The position numbers and the translations under genes were made by a program. This document shows positions 63,374 through 64,000 of a stretch of 64,000 nt of DNA, piece by piece (the first letter of the stretch is position 1; every line of letters starts with the position of its first letter). The stretch spans positions 16,209,974-16,273,973 of the forward strand of contig OZ316899.1 of assembly GCA_973895155.1 (NCBI GenBank), given 5' to 3'. Source of the DNA: Marsupella aquatica. Its lineage: Eukaryota > Plantae > Marchantiophyta. The notes below the pieces were generated by a model, which was given only the letters and a program-made list of their open reading frames with translations, searched no databases and was not told where the DNA came from.

Positions 63374-64000
63374 ATGGCGAGGTATGTTGGATTCCTAAAG
63401 GAAAAACAGAAGAGTTGGGATCAAAGCTAGAGCGTGGAGTGCACTAGTGACACAAGACGGGGAAGAGCCCGCCTTTTATACCCTTGTGGGGCGTCAACCA
63501 ATCGGCCCCTCCGCTTTTGATAGGCCAAGTCCCTCACGCTTACAGTATATCGGCCACTCCGCAGGTCCGGGTCAAGGCGTGTCAGAGGGCCGCCTCCCGG
63601 ATCAGTTATGCGGATCCAAGGTAGACGGCCATAACGAGATCATAATCAGGTGGTACGGTAAGTGTTGTGCCACCAGCCCAAGTGTGAATGTTATTTATTG
63701 ACTAACCTTGTCCTATTCATCATTACTAACTAATTTTGTGTTGCTAGGCTAACAACTACGGACTACTAAGTCCCCTTTGTGCGTGCTCAACACGGATTAG
63801 GCCGGATTACTCATTACCAGCCGTGCTGGCAGTGTCACACCAACCAATTGGTAAGTAACCCATCTTGATCTCGAAACTCCCAAAACCATTGTCTTGCATC
63901 AAGCTCAATAGTCATTACTATAGTAAGTAGGTCAGCGGATAGAGCCTCCCAGACCCGCATGGCCTTGCCATAAGCTGAAGCTAAGGTCGGCATCACCGTT

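Larger units (their letters stand above)
58620..63839 (-). mobile_element. Giant ORF-bearing solo-LTR-like unit G (family E relative, about 3.8 kb after removing the nested B LTR)
   Basis: Minus-strand termini TGTGACA...CGTGACA. Perfect TSD CCAAC at 58615-58619 and 63840-63844. Confidence 0.88.
58415..64000 (-). repeat. Diverged family-B-like LTR (58415-58619 and 63845-64000) split by element G
   Basis: Shares CAGCTTATGGC..., GGGTTACTTACC..., TTGGTTGCTTGTGCAG..., GCGGTTTTGTATGGGAG and the terminal GGTCCACCACT with B LTRs. Confidence 0.7.

Overview
Eukaryotic, land-plant genomic DNA. The element repertoire suggests a non-seed plant such as a liverwort or moss, but that is inference. About 70% of the window (1-39.6 kb and 54-64 kb) is a deeply nested transposon cluster, and most insertions can be delimited exactly by target-site duplications (TSDs). 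It contains a chromoviral Ty3/Gypsy family with non-canonical AGT...ACT LTRs, an RT-deleted Gypsy element with 829-bp LTRs and a 4-bp TSD, an L1-type LINE fragment, MITEs, a Copia relic and a PHD-finger relic. One intact host gene is present: a 6-exon UBC7/13/14-type ubiquitin-conjugating enzyme (minus strand, 41983-53648, 167 aa) with a 9.25-kb fourth intron. The most unusual signal is five TSD-flanked TG...CA units of about 3.4-4.7 kb from three families (C, E/G, F). They have no gag or pol and are largely filled by ORFs encoding an LPW-motif (plant-mobile-domain-like) region plus a coiled coil. A further, truncated copy of family C directly abuts a tRNA-Asn PBS and gag, so these units look like giant protein-coding solo LTRs.
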